This document shows, in pieces, positions 37,045 to 47,834 of a stretch of 64,000 bases of DNA. The stretch lies in the NCBI GenBank assembly GCA_030390025.1, contig CM059432.1, forward strand, positions 40,860,001-40,924,000, written 5' to 3'. The notes under the pieces were generated by a model. The model had not been told where the DNA came from, did not search any database, and worked only from the letters and a program-made list of their open reading frames with translations. The first letter of the stretch is position 1. Every line of letters starts with the position of its first letter. Both the position numbers and the translations under genes were made by a program. Source of the DNA: Squalus acanthias (taxonomy: Eukaryota).

Positions 37045-38185
37045 AAAGGAACAGAAGTGGGCCATTCAGCCCCTTGAGCCTGTTCCACCATTCAATTAGA
37101 TCAAGGCTGATCTGTATCTTAACTCTATCTACCTGCCTTGGCTCCATAACTGTTACATTTTTGTTAGGCAAGGGTATTATCAATCTCAGTTTTGAAATTT
37201 TCAACTAACCTAGCCACAATAGCTTTTTGGGGGAAAGAGAGTTCCAGATTTCCACTACTCTGTGTGAAGTGGTGCTTCCTGACATCACCCCTGAATGGCC
37301 TAGCTCTAATTTTAAGTTTATGTCCCCTTGTTCTGGACTCCCCCACCAGAGAAAATAGTTTCTCTTTATCAACCCTATCAACCCCTTTAATCATCTTAAA
37401 CACCTCAATTAGATCACTCAGTAATCTTCTATACTCAGGGGACTACAAGCCTAGTCTATGCAACCGGTCTTCACAATTTAAACCTTTTAGCCCAGTATCA
37501 TTCTGCTGAATCTGTGCTGCACCCTCTCCAAGGACAGTATATCCTTCCTGAGGTGCAGTGCCCAGAAATAAACTCAATACTCTAAATGGGGTCTAGCCAG
37601 AACTTTAGATATCTGTAACATAACTTCCACCCCTTTGTATTCCAGCCCCCTTGAAATAAAGGCCAACATTTCATTAGCCTTTTTAATTATTTTGTGTACC
37701 TGTCCTCTGGATTTTAGTGATTTCTGTACTTGGACCCCTAAATCTCTCTTCTTCTCCACAGTTCCTAGCTTCTCACCAATTAGAAAATTCTCTGATCTAT
37801 CTTTCTTGGGTCCAAAGTGGATGACCTCATACTTCCCCACATTGAACTCATCTGCCACCATTTTGCCCACTCACTTAATCTATCAATGTCCCTTGGCAAC
37901 TTTCTGTTCCCATCTACACTATTTACTGTGCCACCTAACTTGGTGACGTCAGCAAACTTGGTTATACGGCGCTCTATTCCTTCATCGAAATCATTTATAA
38001 ATATAAATGAAAAGCTGAGGCCCCAGTACAGATCCCTGGAGGACACCACTAGTCGCATCCTGACAATTGGAGTACATACCCATTATCCGTCCTCTGTCTC
38101 CTACCTCCTAACTAATTCCCTACCCAGGTCAATAAGTTGCTTCCAATTCCAAGTGCTCTCATTTTTGTTAACAGTCTCTTGTGTG
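37045..38185 (-). mobile_element. CR1 3' fragment (RT)
   Basis: FINDFDEG…KFADVTKLGG; ARPHLEY. Confidence 0.88.
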
Positions 38186-38316
38186 GGTGGGGGACAAAAA
38201 AAAAGCAGATAAAATTATCAAGAAAGAGTAAACAAATAAATGTTGAATGAGTATCACTCCCAGCATCATTGTTAAATGTCTCTGAGCTTTATGATATTTA
38301 GATTATGAAGACTTAC

Positions 38317-38371
38317 CAGGTCCCCGTTTCGAATTTGTGATTCACCCTTTCTGGATCTGTAAACCTGTGAT
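38317..38371 (-). CDS. ESRP1: ESRP1 exon 6 (NHRFTDPERVNHKFETGTC)
   Basis: TAG acceptor, TG|GTAAGT donor, 55 nt. Confidence 0.95.
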
Positions 38372-38456
38372 CTAAACAGATTAAAATGTTACAAACAGAA
38401 AACTCAACTAATTCACATTAAAGCAAATAGAATCCCACTGAACAGATGCTGCTTAC

Positions 38457-38555
38457 TGTGGGGTTTGGAATTAATGGTTAATATAATGTCGCTTGCAGTC
38501 ATAATATCTGAAACACCAAATTTGTAGGTGGCTGAATTGTCTTCAAGATGTAGAT
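38457..38555 (-). CDS. ESRP1: ESRP1 exon 5 (HLHLEDNSATYKFGVSDIMTASDIILTINSKPH)
   Basis: 99 nt, phase 1/1, U12 branch point upstream, A|GTAAGC donor; divergent but colinear with human [33 protein letters not shown]. Confidence 0.9.
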
Positions 38556-41500
38556 CTGCAGAAACTCATCAAGGAAAGAAGTGCTTAAAGATGATAATTG
38601 TAATAGTGATACCAATAATGCAATAATAGTAATATTTGCTTTCATACTACTAGACATCTGAGAATTTTCCTAATATCAGGTTTTAATTGAAAATATTAGC
38701 AAATTTTAGGGTTGTGATAGCCCAGTGAGAAAAGCAGATTGTGAATTTCTATATGATCTATCTATTCTACAGCAAACCATAGATTTACTGCCAAATGGAT
38801 GACAGAGTAGAAACAGATTTGAACTGTCAACTGTGTTATGCATGCAGTCCTATCTGTTTTCCTTACTCCCACCATAAACGTCTTTCCCTCCTCTCGAAGT
38901 TACTGATGCACTGCCAGATCTGGTACTGAGCCACTCAGACCAGGAGCCTAGGATGCTCTACCTTAGCTAAGTCCATTATAGGAGTGGCTAGCTGATTGCA
39001 CTGCTAAATGGTCAACTTCAAAAAAGCTGAATGAGTCCCTAACATGAAGAAAATGAAGACATTAGAAAAACTCTGTGTGCCACGCAAAGAAGGTCAATGC
39101 CCCCCTCCCACTGCAGCCACATGTGGCACAAAGAGAAACATATTCTACTTGAGGATCACTAAAGAACTTTCAAAACCAATGTTGATTCTCATGTGGCTTT
39201 TCATGGCTGACCCACTGATTTAGTGGAGAGATGTACTGCATGATGTGGTACTGAGCTATGTAAGCCAGATCTATTATTTGTGCTAAGTTAATTGATCTCA
39301 GCTGTGGTGTGCGCTACATTTATGTCAACATCTCTGGGCTAGGGAAGGGGAGGTTAGCCGCCAATATTCCTGCTCTTGATCCAGTGATCCCAGTTGTTGG
39401 AAGGTGGACATGCCGACATCAAGTGAGGACAAGATTAAATTGGCTATTATGCTACCACAATCAAATAGCCTGCTGAAACTCACTGTCTGGGCTCACACAT
39501 CTAGAACTGTAAACTTGCGATGCATCTACAGAACTGCAATCTGGGTTGGTGTTATCTGTGGAACTGCATCCCAGTAAGAGTTATTGCCTTCAGGAGAAGA
39601 GAATTAAACAAAGGAAAACAAAGTGTAAAAATGAATCTTGCTAGTGGCGCTCTGATAGGATAAGGGTTTGCACCAGTGATGATCTTACCCATCTTCTTGA
39701 TGTGGGAAGGTGCTAAGCAGAAGTCAAGCATGTTTGTACGCTGACGAAAAGAAAATTAGGAATAATTTTTAAATAATTATTTTCCCCCTTCTTTGCTGAA
39801 CCGCAGTGGGGTTCCTTCCACAAGGGCTAGCCACCCTCTGGCTTTTGAAAACATCTAGGCAGCTGGTTACCTTGCATACCACGTTTTGTCCTATCCCTTG
39901 GGTGCTTCTACATTACCAAAATGTTTCTCTACTCCTCTCCTGAAGCTTTTTTTTATAAGTGTCGCTGGGAAGGCTGGAAAGTGGGATTAGGCTGGATAGC
40001 TCTTTTCGGCCAGCACAGACACGATAGGTCGAATGGCCTCCTTCTGTGCCATATATTTCTATGATCCTATAATAAGGCTATTTATTGCCCATCCCTAATT
40101 GCCCTCGAGATGGTGGTGGTGAGCTGCCTTCTTGAACCACTGCAGTCCGTATGGTGAAGGTACTCCCACAGTGCTGAAAGGGAAGGAGTTCCAGGATTTT
40201 GACCCAGCAACAATGAAAGAACAGCGATATATTTCCAAGTCAGGATAGTGTGTGACTTGGAGGTGTTTCCATGCGCCTGCTGCCTTTGTCCTTCTAGGTG
40301 GTAGAGGTCGCAGGTTTAGGAGGTGCTGTTGAATAAGCCTTGACGAGTTGCTGCAGTGCACCTTGTAGATGGTACACACTGCAGCCATGGTGCGCCGGTG
40401 GAGGGAGTGAATGTTTAAGGTGATGGAGCGGATGCCAATCATGTGGGCTGCTTTGTCCTAGATGCTGTTGAGCTTTTTGAGTGTTGTTGGAGCTGCACTC
40501 ATCCAGGCAAGTGTAGAGTATTCCATCACACTCCTGACTTGTGCCTTGTAGATGGTGGAAAGGCTTTGGGGAGTCAGGAAGTGAGTCACTCACCGCAGGA
40601 TACCCAGCCTCTGACCTGCTCTTGTAGCCACAGTATTTATGTGGCTGGTCCAGTTAAGTTTCTGGTCAATGGTGACCCCCGCCAGGATGTTGATGGTGGG
40701 GAATTTGACGATGGTAATCCCGTTGAATGTCATGGGGAGGTGGCTAGACTCTCTCTGTTGGTGATATTCATTGCCATGCACTTGTGTGGCGCAAATGTTA
40801 CTTGTCACTTATCAGTCCAAGCTTGAATGTTGTCCAGGTCTTGCTGCATGCAGGCACAGACTTCATTATCTGAGGAGTTGCGAATGGAAACTGAACACTG
40901 TGCAATCATCAGCGAACATCCCCACTTCTGACCTTATGATGGAGGGAAGGTCATTGATGAAGCAACTGAAGATGTTTGGGCCTAGGACAATGCCCTGAGG
41001 AACTCCTGCAGCGATATCCTGGGGCTGAGATGATTGGCCTTCAACAACCACAATCATCTTCCTTTGTGCTAGGTATGATTCCAGTCAGTGGAGAGCTTTC
41101 CCCTTGATTCCCATTGACTTCAATTTACTAGGGTTGATGCCACACTCTGTCAAATGCTGCCTTGATGTCAAAGGCAGTCACTTTCATCTCACCTCTAGAA
41201 TTCAGCTCTTTTGTCCATGTTAAGACCAATGCGGTAATGAGGTCAGGAGCCGAGTGGTTCTGGCGGAATCCAAACTGAGCATTGGTGAGCAGGCTATTGA
41301 TGAGTAAGTGCCGTTTAATAGCACTTTCAATGACATCTTCCATCACTTTGCTGATGATTGAGAGTAGGCTGTTGGGGCGGTAATTGGCCAGATTGGATTT
41401 GTCCTGCTTTTTGTGGACAGGACATATCTGGACAATTTTTCACTTTGTCGGGTAGATGCCAGTGTTGTAGCTGTACTGGAACAGCTTGGCTAGAGGTGCT

Positions 41501-42898
41501 GTTGGCTCTAGCTCGGCTACAGTTCCCACAGGTGCTGATCTCCTTCCAGTACCTCACTGTAGTGGACATTCTTTATGTGTGAACTGAGACAGCGAGTATA
41601 AACAGTTGATTTTACTGCGGAGGACACCACAAATGAGCCCAATCCTGTTCTCGGACAATGTTCATACAAATGAACTATCCAGCAAGGGTCACTGGATAGC
41701 AATCAGCAGTGGGAACCCGAGCTGATTTGCCACCTCCCCAGCCAAGGAACACAGAGAACAACTATACCAACCCTAGCTCACATCAGCAAATTCAACACAG
41801 ACTGGGATTCAAACCTGTAACAGTCCACTCTGTGGTGCCTTTACCTACTGGACCATTGAGTGAGCCTTCAAGTGTCCAGTCTTCATGTGTAAGACTAGGC
41901 AATGAGTGTTGATAGGCCTTTTGGCCAAGGAGACATCATAGCTGAGCCTCATTCTATCTACACCCAATATTCATGCACATACATTTTCCAGCAGAAGTCA
42001 CTTGATAGCAATTGGGTCACCTTCACTGATTTTTCTCCTCCTAGTCTAAGGGTGTTGGGGCAAATTACAGTACCCCTCCCACTGCATTGAACTGGCTGAA
42101 ATCAACACAGACTAGAGAATCATTTTGGTCTGCAAGACTCATTGCTTCACTAGGTAGTGCACTTACATACAACCATCAAGGATCCATTAAAGAGATCTAA
42201 ATTAGCTTGTTACCTTATTTGTTTTCTTGATTGATGCTTGTAAAGTAGTTATTGCCTCAATAGTGAGTTTTTGGGCAGATTCAGTTCCTTGAACCGTCTC
42301 ATCCAAAGATTATTACTGAGCTGCAATATCAGCCGCCTAAGTAAGTTTTTGCTGCCCCTCAAAATTTTACGAGGTGGGTTTTATATCATTACCTTCATTT
42401 TTATTAAATGTCACAGTCTTCTCTATTTAGTAACATGGTATATTGTCTTGGAGAGGAAAGGGTCACATAAAATTTAAACAGCAGTAGACAATTGATTGAA
42501 GAGGGGGCGGGGCTATCTTTTTTTTATTTGGGGAAGACGACCCAGGAAATCTGTGGGATATTGTCGTCAGTGATATTGCCCTTAGTAAATGACCAGTGAT
42601 GTGTTACTACACGATTTACATGATTGCATTATTTGTACACCGTGTCCCTTTAAGTGTATCTAGCTTCCAATAATATTGAATTCGACATGCCCAGAATCAC
42701 AGCTATAACCACAGGTTGCATTCTTTTGACTTGCACGGCATTGTTAGGCGGCAATTATTCCATATTCTGTTTGGCTGTGAGCCACAAGCGCTCAGGAGAC
42801 ATCGGGGATATTCACTTCCGCATGGTGAAACAAAACACAAACCGTGGCCTTCCATGACTGGGTGGGGGGGAAAGAAAAAAAACTTTTAAAAAGGATAC
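38556..42898 (-). other. ESRP1: U12-type (minor spliceosome) GT-AG intron 4 of ESRP1
   Basis: 5' splice site GTATCCTTT; branch site TTTCCTTGAT at 38577-38568, about 13 nt upstream of the CAG acceptor; no long pyrimidine tract. Confidence 0.92.
40078..41495 (-). mobile_element. Family-B LINE fragment (RT)
   Basis: AQFGFRQNHS…FDIKAAFDRVWH; GVPQGIVLGP…MFADD; lies inside the U12 intron. Confidence 0.88.
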
Positions 42899-43013
42899 GG
42901 TTGGACATAGCATTGAGGTCGAGTTCGTGGAGATCAGGGGCATCTGGGCAGCATTTCTTAAATTCTTTTTGTAGATCAAAAAAGGAATAGAAGCATTCTG
43001 GTAATGTGACATT
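42899..43013 (-). CDS. ESRP1: ESRP1 exon 4 ([38 protein letters not shown])
   Basis: CAG acceptor; donor is GTATCCTTTT (U12 type); 115 nt, phase 1. Confidence 0.95.
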
Positions 43014-43406
43014 CTGTCAGAGGAAGCAAGAACGAAATGTAAACCATAGCCGTTTGTCTGTCTGAAAACAGTCGTTCACAACAATGACCTCCCAGCTTTC
43101 CCTTTACATTCGCGCAAAATAAGTTGCAAAGAAGAGAAGCAAATCCCTGCTGTTTACTCGATACTTTCTTTTATAAACGTCTAACACAACAGCATCTAAA
43201 ATTATTTGGGATAACTGTCCGAAAGACACTAAAATATAAACACGAAGAGTTGTTAACCATGTAAAGTCGTTTAACATATTCCAAAACGAGTTTAACTTAT
43301 AACTGGAAGATGATACTTGTTTAAATTATAACGCATTTGCAACAGACATTAGAACCATCTACTTTATTTTGGAAAAGCATATTTGCAAACGTAATTTAGT
43401 GCATAC

Positions 43407-43520
43407 CTTGTTAGAGGCCTCAGGGTGGAAGACTTGACGTATGGGCAGCTGACCATCTGTACAAAGGCAGAATGAAGTGCCCACTCCAATATTCAACTCA
43501 TTGCTCACAGATCGATTGAA
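43407..43520 (-). CDS. ESRP1: ESRP1 exon 3 ([38 protein letters not shown])
   Basis: CAG acceptor, AAG|GTATGC donor, 114 nt; near-identical to the vertebrate ESRP1 segment. Confidence 0.96.
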
Positions 43521-43664
43521 CTGTGTGAGAACAATAGGTGATCAATGTCAACACCTTCCTGTGAATTCCGTAATATATAATAAGCGAGATGAAATAGTCA
43601 CCCCCTAAGCATAAGCCTCCTCCTGCTCCGCGAGAATCTAACGCCAAGTGTGTACCTTCATTAT

Positions 43665-43970
43665 ACATAAGACTCAGGAGTAGGCCCTTTGACCCCTGGA
43701 GCCTGCTCAATTCAATAAGATCATGGCTGATCTGATCTTGGCCTCAACTCCAGGTCCCTGCCCGCTCCCCATAACCCTTGACTCCCTTATCGTTCAAAAA
43801 TCGGTCTATCTCCACCTTAAATATATTCAATGACCCAGCCTCCACAGCTCTCTGTGGAAGAGAATTCCAAAGATTCACGACCCTTAGAGAAGAAATTCCT
43901 CCTCATTTCCGATTGAAAAGGGTTTCCCCTTATTCTGAAATTATGCCCCCAGTTCTAGATTCCCTCACAG
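43665..43970 (-). mobile_element. CR1 3' end fragment
   Basis: highly similar to 11345-11660. Confidence 0.8.
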
Positions 43971-45073
43971 TGGAAAGCTGTGACGTTTTATTGTGTTTAC
44001 TGAAGGAGTATTGCCTCTGATTTCAGCATATCTGTATTATTTAAAATGTGAATCGAATAAACATTGCGATTTATTACACAGTGACATTATTGTGCTAAAT
44101 CACTTCTGTTCATAAATGATTCATTGAGTAAACAAAATTAGATACATTGTCATTTTTTTCAATCTTGTGATACCGAGCCAATTTATTTTGCCCTGTCAAA
44201 TTAGAATCATTGACACTATTCTTGTTACCAGGGGCAGCAGAAAGGATCGGTGCAGCTTCCCATGTGTTCGATGGAATTTGCATAGGTGATTTGCTTGGGG
44301 CCTCTGAAGCCGTTTGTTGTAGTGTTGGTAATACAGCCTAGCAGCGCAATCCAGCTGTGTTTTGGGTAGGCAGGTCAGTGCAAAAGCACACAATTCTACA
44401 GATTCCAAGTCTATATCCGCTCCAAACACCAACTCCTCAGTCCCCGAACAGCATTCAGACGTAAATATTTGTAGTTAGATGATAATCCCGCACCTCATTG
44501 ACCAAGAGATTTTAATCATTTTATTTATTTTTTTAGGTTTACTCTTTCATTGTAGAAGGATTTTTTGGGAATGGACAAGTCTCATAAAGAGTCATCAAGA
44601 CGTCAATTCTCTAATCTGGTTAAATAATGTTGTAGAGCTAATTAAAATAAAAACGTTGCATTTGTTTCTCCCTGATGGCAACTTAATAACTAGATCCAAT
44701 GTGTCCTGTCCAGACAAATTCAGTTTGATTAATAATCGCGTCGAAAATAATTTTACCGAAGATTGTCTTAAATTTATTCACAGCGTTATACAAGCTACGT
44801 TTGCGGTACTGTACTTGGAGGTCGAATCACTGACAACTACCTGCCCCTTTTCGTCCCACCCACAATGGCTGAAGTTTCCTAACTCAAAAGTATAATGAAA
44901 CCTTTCTCGGACGTTGCGTTCGACATCAAAATAACTAGAAATAGTCCAAGTGGCAAGAGGGAGGAAAAAACGCCACCACTCTGGTGCAGAACGAGGGTCG
45001 ATCAGGTCGGATTTCACCTCCCCAGAGCAGAGGCTGGCTAAAGTTAGTCTTACACCGAAGGCGGTGCATTCAC

Positions 45074-45202
45074 CTGTTGAAGGACTTGATCCAGAGGTTC
45101 TGCTGTGGTCAGGTTTTCCAGCGTAATGCCAGTGTGCTCGGTGCATTGCTCTGTTAGTTCCAAGTTATTCGGTTTTACAAATACTTTGTGCACTTTCCCC
45201 GC
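45074..45202 (-). CDS. ESRP1: ESRP1 exon 2 ([43 protein letters not shown])
   Basis: polypyrimidine tract + TAG acceptor, CAG|GTGAAT donor, 129 nt; aligns to the DnaQ-like N-terminal domain. Confidence 0.94.
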
Positions 45203-45375
45203 CTAAAAGAAAACAAAGTAAAGACAAAAAAAAAGAAATGAAATCTCCGACCAATTGTATTATCTTTCGCGGTGCTGGGGGAACAGACATTCTCCGTGTA
45301 ATAGTAACGATCTCTCCCCCTCCCCTCCAACAACAGCTTTTCACAAAGAGCGTGAACAATATAATCGTTTCGTAC

Positions 45376-45507
45376 CTTCTCGTTTGCCAAATCCACCACT
45401 TGCCACAACAAAAGCACCAGCTCCTTCTCATCAGATCCCAGCTTATTCCCATGTGCCCCGGCTGTTGCCCCAAATAAAACCACCAAATAATCGAGAGACG
45501 CCGTCAT
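45376..45507 (-). CDS. ESRP1: ESRP1 coding exon 1 ([44 protein letters not shown])
   Basis: ATG at 45507; closely resembles the human ESRP1 N-terminus [13 protein letters not shown]...; donor AAG|GTACG; 132 nt, phase 0; adjacency to VIRMA favours ESRP1 over ESRP2. Confidence 0.96.
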
Positions 45508-45599
45508 GCTCACAAGGAAAAGAGACAGACACTAAAACTAAACTAAACCCCGAAAAGTGACCCCCAAATTAATCGTTCACCTCCCCCAGTGAAAAGTAA

Positions 45600-45940
45600 A
45601 GCAGTGAGAGGAGAAAGCCACCCCACACCTGCACCAGGACACCCTACAACCGTCTAACCCAGGGGAGGAGATCGCTTTTTTTTTTGCTTGCGTGAGAACC
45701 CATGCAAATGAGCTGGTCCTTCTTTAATGGGCTCTTTTTTTTTGCATTTACCTGCCCACAACCACGTGAGTTGGGAAACAGATACCTGGCTCGCACAGAG
45801 CCCGAGCCATTGGCTGCTTTCGTGCAGGTACGTGGCACTGTGACCGAGCATAACAACAGCAGTATTCTGCACTGGACATTTGAAAGCCCATTTGCTCAGT
45901 TAGGGAGGGGGAAATCAGGATGCAAACTCACACCCACCGC
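45600..45940 (-). promoter_or_regulatory. ESRP1 5' UTR / proximal promoter with clustered E-box/Z-box, octamer and CCAAT motifs
   Basis: CACCTG 45626; TACCTG/CAGGTA at 45749, 45783 and 45825; CACGTG 45763; ATGCAAAT 45702; CCAAT (minus) 45809-45813; non-repetitive, CpG retained. Confidence 0.55.
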
Positions 45941-47834
45941 CGCACGAGTTAACACGGGAGGACAAACTAAGAGATATTTAAGTTTCAGGATCTAAAAGAA
46001 ATTAAACATATACCCCAAGAGCCCGAGTCCGCTCAGTTGTGACAAAAGATGGTCACTGTTGTCCTTTTATATCCCAGATTGTTATTTTGGGAGCACCCTT
46101 ATTGTTGAGAAATGGAGTTGGATCTTATCATGGGATCTAACCTGCTTGTTTATTGCATGAAGCCAAGTTCCTGGAATTGTTTTGAAATCTGAATTGGATC
46201 AGGGTAAAGTGTCGAGAGCAGATTCATAGACGGAAGGAATCCCAAGATCAAGGTGAATGAATATATGGCTGGCACGCGAGTCGGGTGATAGGTAACTCGG
46301 AGGCTGAGGTGAGCAGCTTCCTCCTTTCCTCGCTGAATCCCATGGGAAGGTGTGCCGGCACTTTTACCTACCTCCTCAAGGTCAGGAGGACACGGGCAGA
46401 TTTTAGCCTGTCAAAGCCACAGAGACAGCCAAAAGACAAGAGTTAAGAATACATGAATCCTTTATTTAAATGTACAGAACTAGTAATGTTAGCTAGCTCG
46501 GTGTGTTTTTACTCCTGTTAATTCCTTCCAAACCGGAAGTATTCGTGAGCAAGGATGAATAATCGTTCGTTTTAAACACCCAAATTTGGAACATTTTCAG
46601 CCCAACGACGCTACGCAACTTCCCTGAGATCCACCTGGAATATTTGGCCGTGTCCAACACTTCTCATTGTTCATCGCACTTTGCAAAACAAATGATAAAG
46701 GGAATAGGGGCTTTTGCTTTATACAAAACACTAGAATGCAGCCACAAAATAACTTCAAAATATGCTATAGATGGGCGCATTATGTGGACGCCGTGAAAAC
46801 GATTATTAAAATCGGAACTACAGAATGTTCTATAAAATGCGGTAGATTTTTATTTGCGATGTTCTATTTTGGTTTAGGGAAACACTATGTTATTTTAAAC
46901 ATTAGACTCTTGTATATTACTGATCTTGGCTGGCAACAATGTGTTGTTTTGCTGGTTGTCCTGAGTATCAGAAATTTACAAAAGAATCGGAAAAAAAGTA
47001 CAAATAGACGACTAACCAATGTAAGACATTTCCAGTGTCAATCATACTTACGGTATTTTCATACATTTCTAACTACAGATTTGTTTTAAGTAAATGTATA
47101 TATTTTTAAAATCCCATTTTAAAATAGAAAATGATTTACTCTTCGAACACTTTTGTTTTGTAGTTGTTTTAAGTCTCTGCAAGGGAAAACTGTTTATAAG
47201 AGTCTGAGACAAAGGATTCCACCGATAATTCACTAGAAATTCATGTTTTAAGTAAAAATTGTCCCATTTTCTGGCACTTTTCTCAGTTAGAACTGCAAAA
47301 CACAAACTCTTCAATGTTTTTCACTGGTTAATTTAGACACAAAAAGTCATCATTCAATTCCCACTTACACCTTTTTTATATTTATAAATATCACAGTATA
47401 AACTATTATTTTAATCTTGCAGCTCCTGATGAAACTGCACATTTGCTGGAATGTGCTGAACTATTTTTGATTTAACTATCTGAACACTTTAATAGGAGAT
47501 GGAAACCCAAAAAGGAGAAAACAGGCCAGATTTAAGTAGAAACCATCAAATAAAGGATTTTATAAATAGGGATATTTGTTCACAAGACAGACCTCTGAAA
47601 CCTATGCATTTTGAACTTGTAAATTTTTTAACCATGCATTTCCAATATATATATATCTATGAATAATATTTGTAAATGAATTTAACAACATTGTGTAAAA
47701 CAGAATTAAAAAACCCTGAGCAGAAGACTAACTCCTTCTCCATAACGAGAATGAGAAACAAAATAGTGTGCCTAGAACGTGTAATGTGTCATTAAACTAT
47801 AAAAGAGCCATTATCAGGGAACTCTGCCAAAACT

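Noticed and set aside
39655..39720. KKMGKIITGANPY on the minus strand as a candidate exon 5
   Set aside because: No suitable splice sites; 38457-38555 fits phase, length and the U12 branch point.
44196..44432. Minus-strand ORF with DIDLES…QLDCAARL, superficially like ESRP1 exon 2
   Set aside because: The real exon 2 at 45074-45202 has the right length, phase and splice sites; the resemblance needs a large gap and is probably chance.
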